In this document: in pieces, positions 58,502 to 64,000 of the stretch
How the letters are laid out: each line of letters starts with the position of its first letter
How positions within the stretch are numbered: position 1 is the first letter of the stretch
Assembly: GCA_902760345.1 (NCBI GenBank)
Contig: CACWFY010000006.1
Span: 14,338 to 78,337, forward strand
Direction: 5' to 3'
DNA: 64,000 bases
Origin: an uncultured Bacteroidales bacterium
GTDB lineage: Bacteria; Bacteroidota; Bacteroidia; Bacteroidales; Bacteroidaceae
The notes under the pieces: generated by a model
Told to the model about the DNA's origin: nothing
Seen by the model: the letters and a program-made list of their open reading frames with translations, nothing else
Database searches by the model: none
Translations under genes and position numbers: made by a program

Positions 58502-60181
58502 ATGTTACAGATCCGCTGCAAGAACAACAACACGACCAAGAGCTTTCCAGAAGGAACGTCCCTGCTGGACGTCTATCAAGAGTTTGCCGACGAGATAAAA
58601 CTACCCTACCCTGTGGTGTCGGCAAAAGTGAATAACGCCTCAGAAGGGCTGAAGTTCAGACTCTATCAGAATCGTGACGTCGAATTTCTGGATGCCCGCG
58701 AAGGCAGCGGCCACCGAGCCTATGTGCGCTCGTTGTGCTTTGTGCTTTATAAGGCTACGCAGGACGTCTTCCCAGGTTCAAAGTTGTTTATCGAGCACAC
58801 CATCTCGCGCGGATACTATTGTAACTTCAAGAAGAAAAACATGGAGCCGCTGGCCGAAGGCGACGTGGAGCGTATCGCCGAACGCATGAGGGAGATTGTA
58901 GGACTGGACATGCCCTTCCGCCGCAATGAAGCCACCAACGAAGAGGCCATACGCGTATTCTCAGAGCGCGGATTTACCGATAAAGTAAAACTGCTCGAAA
59001 CCAGCGGACAGATCTATAGCGACTACTACACGCTGGGCGACACCGCCGACTACTACTACGGACCGCTGGTGCCCTCGGCTGGCTATCTGAAAGTGTTTGG
59101 TCTGGAGCCCTACCATGACGGTATGCTGTTGCGCGTGCCAGACTGGAACGACCCCAACCGCCTGGCAGAGAAGGTGGACATGCCCAAGACCTACGAGATG
59201 TTTGCCGAGAAGACGCGCTGGGACATCATCATGCGACTGTCGAATGCCGGCGACGTCAATCGTGCCATACAGAAAGGCCACGCCTCGGAACTCATACAGG
59301 TATCGGAAGCCCTGCAGGAAAAGAAGATCGTACAGATAGCCGAAGAGATAGACCGCCGCTTCCATGCTGAGGAGAACCCCATCCGGCTGGTGCTCATCAC
59401 GGGCCCTAGCAGTTCGGGTAAGACCACCTTCTGCAAGCGACTCTCCATCCAACTGCTGGCCTGCGGACTGCGCCCCATGTCGTTCTCTACCGACGACTAC
59501 TTCGTCAACCGCGTCGACACGCCCAAACTGCCCAATGGCGACTACGACTTCGACAATATCGAGGCCGTCGACTACCAACTGTTGGAAGACCACCTGACAC
59601 GACTGATGAAGGGTGAGCGCGTAGAGATTCCTGAATACAACTTTGCTACAGGCAAGCGCGAATGGAACGGCAAGAAGCTCAAACTCTCGAACGACACCGT
59701 ACTCATCATCGAGGGCATCCATGCGCTCAACCCCCTGTTGACTAAGAAGATAGAGGACTCGCTGAAGTACAAGATATACATCTCGGCACTCACCAGCATC
59801 TCGCTCGACGACCACAACTGGATACCTACACGCGACAACCGACTGCTGCGCCGCATCATTCGCGACTACAACAAGGGAGCCTTTACCGCGCAGGAGACTA
59901 TTGCCCAGTGGAAGAATGTCTGCGAGGCTGAGGACAAGTGGATCTTCCCCTTCCAGGAGACGGCAGACGCTATGTTCAACTCGGCACTCAACATCGAGTT
60001 TGCCGTGCTGCGCACCCATGCCGAAATCATTCTCGCCTCGGTGCCCCGCAACTGTAAAGAATATGCCGAGGCCCACCGTCTGCTGAAGTTCATCCATTAC
60101 TTCATCCCCGTCAGCGACAAGGAGATACCGCCAACGAGCATCATGCGCGAGTTCCTGGGAGGCTCGTCGTTCAAGTATTAA
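58502..60181 (+). CDS. uridine/nucleoside kinase with N-terminal TGS and ThrRS/AlaRS-like domains
   Basis: P-loop GPSSSGKTT, DDYF, IIEGIHALNP, RLLRRIIRD; N-terminal AKVNN..L TGS-like region. Confidence 0.88.
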   Translation: MLQIRCKNNNTTKSFPEGTSLLDVYQEFADEIKLPYPVVSAKVNNASEGLKFRLYQNRDVEFLDAREGSGHRAYVRSLCFVLYKATQDVFPGSKLFIEHTISRGYYCNFKKKNMEPLAEGDVERIAERMREIVGLDMPFRRNEATNEEAIRVFSERGFTDKVKLLETSGQIYSDYYTLGDTADYYYGPLVPSAGYLKVFGLEPYHDGMLLRVPDWNDPNRLAEKVDMPKTYEMFAEKTRWDIIMRLSNAGDVNRAIQKGHASELIQVSEALQEKKIVQIAEEIDRRFHAEENPIRLVLITGPSSSGKTTFCKRLSIQLLACGLRPMSFSTDDYFVNRVDTPKLPNGDYDFDNIEAVDYQLLEDHLTRLMKGERVEIPEYNFATGKREWNGKKLKLSNDTVLIIEGIHALNPLLTKKIEDSLKYKIYISALTSISLDDHNWIPTRDNRLLRRIIRDYNKGAFTAQETIAQWKNVCEAEDKWIFPFQETADAMFNSALNIEFAVLRTHAEIILASVPRNCKEYAEAHRLLKFIHYFIPVSDKEIPPTSIMREFLGGSSFKY

Positions 60182-60183
60182 AA

Positions 60184-60970
60184 TTACTTCTTGACGACCA
60201 GTTCTTCACTGGTGTATGCCGCTATCATTTCGAAGATCTGACGCAGGTCTTTATAATTCTTGTCATAGTAAATGAGCTTGTTGACACGCAACTGACAGGT
60301 CATCTGTATCTTGCCGCCAGTCGCGGTAGTCTGGAGAAGACACTCCAAACCTTTGTCGGGCGTCGCCAGCGACGTATTTCTGCTATGTCCCCCAAACGTA
60401 TATCCTTTAGGGAGTGTGATATTTAGGACGATGGTCTCTGTGCTAATGCTTGGGAACTCTACAGGTATCATACGCTCGCTCTCAATAAAGGCATTATGTG
60501 CCATTGAAGCGGTAAACGGACAAATCCTGATAATGCCGCCATCGGTCTGTCCTTTGACAGTCAAGTCGGTTTCCTCAACAGCTTCGGAAGCGAAAGCACG
60601 GATACCCTTGGCTTGACGATAGTTCATAGCCGCCAGTCCCTCGTAGTGAGTGGTCTGCCTACCCTTGAGGACACCATCAGCAGAGAGCTGGGCAGTAATC
60701 GTTGTCTGCTTTTGGCAGTAGCCTTCAAGTCCTCTACGCTCTCTTCGGAATAGTTGGCCAGGGCATCCGTCGTCATAGCACCTGCTTGCTCGTCAAACGT
60801 AGAGCTGACGCTGTTGTTATCTATCGTGCTGACCTTCAGCAACATCTTAGAGTTGCTGGAACTATTGTCCATCGGTGTCTCCTTCAGAAAAGGGATGACA
60901 ACCTTTGCGAAACGGGCACCACTCGGCTTCAGTACTTTAAAACAAGCAATTGTAATAAGTTCCTTTTCAT
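60184..60970 (-). pseudogene. deleted and frameshifted DUF3857-transglutaminase-DUF3858-type gene
   Basis: Three frames read in succession: MKRNLLQLLV (signal start), FKVLKPSGARFAKVVIPF..ESVEDLKATA (DUF3857-like N-part), ITAQLSADGVLKG..YEGLAAMNYR..ERMIPVEFP..ITLPKGY..YKDLRQIF (C-terminal part); the core is missing. Confidence 0.65.
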
Positions 60971-61000
60971 GCTAAATGGTTAAGTATTCATAATCGACTA

Positions 61001-62485
61001 TCAAGTAAACAAAACCTCGAGGAGCACGGGCCGCGAGCTCTCTATATATAATAAGGTGTCGATGCCTTGTTGCATCGCCTGCATATTCGTAGCCTTCAGA
61101 TAGACGACATCATTCTGTCGGCAGATACCCTCGGCTGTGGCGTGGTGCTCAGCGGCAACATACTGGTCACGGGCAGGGCTCTGCTCCAAACCTGGCAACA
61201 TATTGAAGATGCCGCCACGTCCGTTGTTCAGTAACAAGATACGCAGATTGCCTCGCAGATTCTGATTCCACAGAGCATTCTGGTCGTAGAAGAAGCTGAG
61301 GTCGCCAATGACGCAGAAGACAGGTGAATCTGTCACACACGAGAAGCCCGCTGCAGTACTGAGTGAACCCTCAATGCCGTTGACACCGCGATTGCAATAG
61401 ACAGAACTGCGGGCATATCTGTTGGCCAGGCGAATGGCCATAGAGTTGGCATAGTGGACGATGTGGTTGCCACGCCGTTGCTCAAAATATTGCACAGCGG
61501 CAGATTGGGAATATGAAGGCTCGAAGGCGTCCGTCTGTTGGCGGACCTTATCAACCAACGACGTCCACCGCTGTACAAAGGGATGGGGTGTCTGCTCCAG
61601 ACAAGAGCGAACCTTCTCAGCCACCATTTGCGGGTCGCCCTGAACGACGTTTGTCAGATTCATAAAGGTATCATTTACCTCACCCGTAGCATTGACAGCC
61701 CACGTCTCACGGGCCTTACGCAGAAAGCGTTTGGCATGCTTGCTGACAATGCTGCCACCCGTATAGAGCACAAAATCTGGGACGTACGACGCGTCGTCCT
61801 GCACCTGTAGCACGGCCTCCTCTAGCAAGGGATTCCACGGTTGGCCAGCGATTAACATAGGACGCTCGGCCTGCATGAATCGACAACAGATGTCGTCCAA
61901 CGTTTCTGGCGACATAGTGGCAGGAGTCAGCTCTATTTTGCGTTCCTGCGGGAGCACCGCAGTTGTATACTGAAAGAGCGGCTCCGTAATGGGAACATTG
62001 ATGTGGACGGGTCCACCACGCATCATAAGCGCTTCGTTGACCAAACGGTTGCAATACCAGCGCGTTTCCTCATCGTATGGCTCAGGTAGCGAGACGGCCT
62101 TACGCACGAAACGACCTAAGGCATCCGGCTGTGGCAGCGTCTGACCATCCAACTGGTCTATCCACTGAGGAGGACGATCAGCAGAAACCACCACCAACGG
62201 GCGCTGCTGATAATAAGCCTCCGCCACAGCAGGAGCAAGATTGAGCAATGCCGTACCACTGGTGACACAGACCACGACAGGCTCGTCGAGGGCTATCGTC
62301 ATTCCCAAAGCGTAGAAACCCGCCGAACGTTCATCGGTGACGGGATAGCACTGGATATCAGGACATTCGTTGAGATTATGTACAATAGCTGAATTACGGC
62401 TACCGGGACAGCAGACGGCATGTTTCACGCCATGAGCCATCAACAGGGCCGTTAATATGTTAACGTTGTCTTTATTACTATACAT
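61001..62485 (-). CDS. menD: SEPHCHC synthase
   Basis: CPGSRN, DERSAGFYALG, CVTSGTA, SADRP, NRGVNGIEGSLSTA, GDLSFFYDQN, LLNNGRGGIF. Confidence 0.95.
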   Translation of the reverse strand: MYSNKDNVNILTALLMAHGVKHAVCCPGSRNSAIVHNLNECPDIQCYPVTDERSAGFYALGMTIALDEPVVVCVTSGTALLNLAPAVAEAYYQQRPLVVVSADRPPQWIDQLDGQTLPQPDALGRFVRKAVSLPEPYDEETRWYCNRLVNEALMMRGGPVHINVPITEPLFQYTTAVLPQERKIELTPATMSPETLDDICCRFMQAERPMLIAGQPWNPLLEEAVLQVQDDASYVPDFVLYTGGSIVSKHAKRFLRKARETWAVNATGEVNDTFMNLTNVVQGDPQMVAEKVRSCLEQTPHPFVQRWTSLVDKVRQQTDAFEPSYSQSAAVQYFEQRRGNHIVHYANSMAIRLANRYARSSVYCNRGVNGIEGSLSTAAGFSCVTDSPVFCVIGDLSFFYDQNALWNQNLRGNLRILLLNNGRGGIFNMLPGLEQSPARDQYVAAEHHATAEGICRQNDVVYLKATNMQAMQQGIDTLLYIESSRPVLLEVLFT

Positions 62486-62488
62486 TAC

Positions 62489-63505
62489 TTAAATAATTCG
62501 GCGCATGGTGTCAAGCTTCGTCTCTGTCTCCTGCCACTCAGACTCCTCGACACTCTCGCGTAACAGTCCACCACCGGCATAGAGACGGCAGACATCATCG
62601 TAGATACGCATACAGCGCAGCGTGACAAAGAGATGGGTCTGATTACGAACATGTAACGGACCCAGAAAACCACTATAGTACTGACGCGGCTGGTGCTCGT
62701 AATGACGGATAAAGCGGAAAGCCTCCTGCTTGGGCAGTCCCCCAACGGCTGGCGTGGGGTGAAGGGCATAGAGCAGGTCACCTACATGCGAAGGGTCGTT
62801 CATTGTAAAGTGGAAATCGCTACGCAAGTGGGCCAGATGGCCAGCACGCGTCGTATAAGGGCCATCTTCACACAGATGGTGGGCATAGCGCTCCAGTTGG
62901 TGAGTGATATATGTAGACACGTAACGCTGTTCGTCCACATCTTTTTCCTTCCACGAGACATCTTCGGTAAAAGGCTGCGTTCCTGCCAACGCCATCGTCT
63001 GCCATTGGTTGCCAATGCCAGCCAGCAGCGTCTCAGGGGTTGCAACCAGCCACAGACCGCTTTGTGGTGTAAATACCAAAGCAATAAACATGCGGGGATA
63101 GCTGTCGCACGCCCGACGGAAGAGTTCCAGGGGACTAACCTCAGGCTTACGTGCCACATCCATGCTACGTGCCAGCACCAATTTCTGGAACGAGCCATTC
63201 AGCAGATGAGCGTGGAAATTAAGGAAATCGATATGGTAGGCTGTACGCAGGTCGCCACGTGGTTGTTGCGAACTCATGCCTAAGGACTCCGTCAGGTCAA
63301 GAGGCAGATCGCTGACATCTGCTAACGGCATCACGCTGTGGGGGGCTATCAGAAGAAGAGGTGTCTCGGTAGACATAAAGAAGGGAGCCATCACAAAGCC
63401 CTGTCGGCCACTCAGCGAAGCCATTGACACCACCTCGTGGACCTCGCCCGTCAAGAATGTACACATCTTGGCGTAGGGCAGACGATAAAGGGCAAAACTC
63501 TGCAT
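62489..63505 (-). CDS. menF: isochorismate synthase
   Basis: KLVLAR, ATPETL, MALAGT, EQRYV, LHPTPAVGGLP, YAGGG, EWQETETK. Confidence 0.9.
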   Translation of the reverse strand: MQSFALYRLPYAKMCTFLTGEVHEVVSMASLSGRQGFVMAPFFMSTETPLLLIAPHSVMPLADVSDLPLDLTESLGMSSQQPRGDLRTAYHIDFLNFHAHLLNGSFQKLVLARSMDVARKPEVSPLELFRRACDSYPRMFIALVFTPQSGLWLVATPETLLAGIGNQWQTMALAGTQPFTEDVSWKEKDVDEQRYVSTYITHQLERYAHHLCEDGPYTTRAGHLAHLRSDFHFTMNDPSHVGDLLYALHPTPAVGGLPKQEAFRFIRHYEHQPRQYYSGFLGPLHVRNQTHLFVTLRCMRIYDDVCRLYAGGGLLRESVEESEWQETETKLDTMRRII

Positions 63506-63507
63506 AG

Positions 63508-63921
63508 TCAGACCGAGTGTTTGATGATATAGTTAGTAACACGCACCGTAGAGATGAGTTCGTCGGCAGAATTGCGGATATCCACCTGCCAGACGTGAAG
63601 AGTATTGCCACGATGCTGTAAACGGGCATAAGCCGTAACGCTATCACCCTCGGAGACGGCCTTCACATGAGAGCCGCTAACCTCAATGCCCACACAGGCA
63701 CAGCCAGGACAGAGCGACGTAGAGCCTACACCAGCTACATTCTCGGCCAGTGCCAACGAGGCTCCTCCACTCAAAAATCCAAAAGGCTGACGATTGCGTT
63801 CGTCAACCTTCATGCGCGCCACACACGTATCGTCCTCAGGGGTAGACAGGAACTCCATACCCAGAGCCGTACTCAGATTGGGGGCTGCATTGATTAATTC
63901 TTTTATTCTCTCAACATCCAC
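63508..63921 (-). CDS. menI: hotdog thioesterase, probable DHNA-CoA hydrolase (MenI/YdiI-like)
   Basis: QPFGFLSGGASLALAE, GIEVSGSHV; first gene of the men cluster. Confidence 0.75.
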   Translation of the reverse strand: MDVERIKELINAAPNLSTALGMEFLSTPEDDTCVARMKVDERNRQPFGFLSGGASLALAENVAGVGSTSLCPGCACVGIEVSGSHVKAVSEGDSVTAYARLQHRGNTLHVWQVDIRNSADELISTVRVTNYIIKHSV

Positions 63922-63944
63922 TATTCACTATTCTCTATCCTCTA

Positions 63945-64000
63945 TCACAAGAACAACGAATACTCCTTAACAGTCCAGGCCAAGGCACTGGCCCCCAGCA
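63945..64000 (-). CDS. 3' end of a probable ROK-family protein (partial)
   Basis: Reads LGASALAWTVKEYSLFL*, similar to the VLGASAIGWE C-terminus of the ROK protein at 10006-10992. Confidence 0.5.
   Translation of the reverse strand, partial: LGASALAWTVKEYSLFL

Noticed and set aside
58961-60097. 378-aa minus-strand ORF
   Set aside because: Antisense shadow of the nucleoside kinase with no recognisable motifs.

Overview
This is a 64-kb chromosomal segment from a Bacteroidales bacterium, most likely a Prevotella/Xylanibacter-type gut or rumen organism. That call rests on TTTG-N19-22-TAnnTTTG promoters, AT-rich start contexts, SusC/SusD pairs and T9SS-type C-terminal signals. Housekeeping blocks are an ECF sigma factor, rpe, fmt, a ClC channel, tsaC, prfC, rfbD, a ROK kinase, hslR-pth-rplY, nusB-yajC-ybbR-coaE, aroB and a split menaquinone operon. 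They flank a ~27-kb homogalacturonan (pectin) utilisation locus at 12739-39877 encoding a GH28-GH105 fusion, three PL1 lyases, a 1534-aa multidomain CE8, a CE1 esterase, two SusCD pairs and a surface lipoprotein. No tRNA, rRNA, CRISPR array, integrase or transposase was recognised. The most notable unexplained signals are: (1) two unrelated intergenic elements with the same architecture, a long nested inverted repeat with three motif copies per arm followed by a 22-bp-period array; (2) a LacI-like palindromic operator at fixed helical phase upstream of four PUL promoters, with no regulator in the locus; (3) an unnamed ~190-aa domain shared by two secreted pectinases, a candidate new carbohydrate-binding module; (4) a GHMP kinase-nucleotidyltransferase fusion and a hairpin-occluded small ORF, both missed by the ORF track. 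All product calls come from motif recognition by eye, with no database searches.
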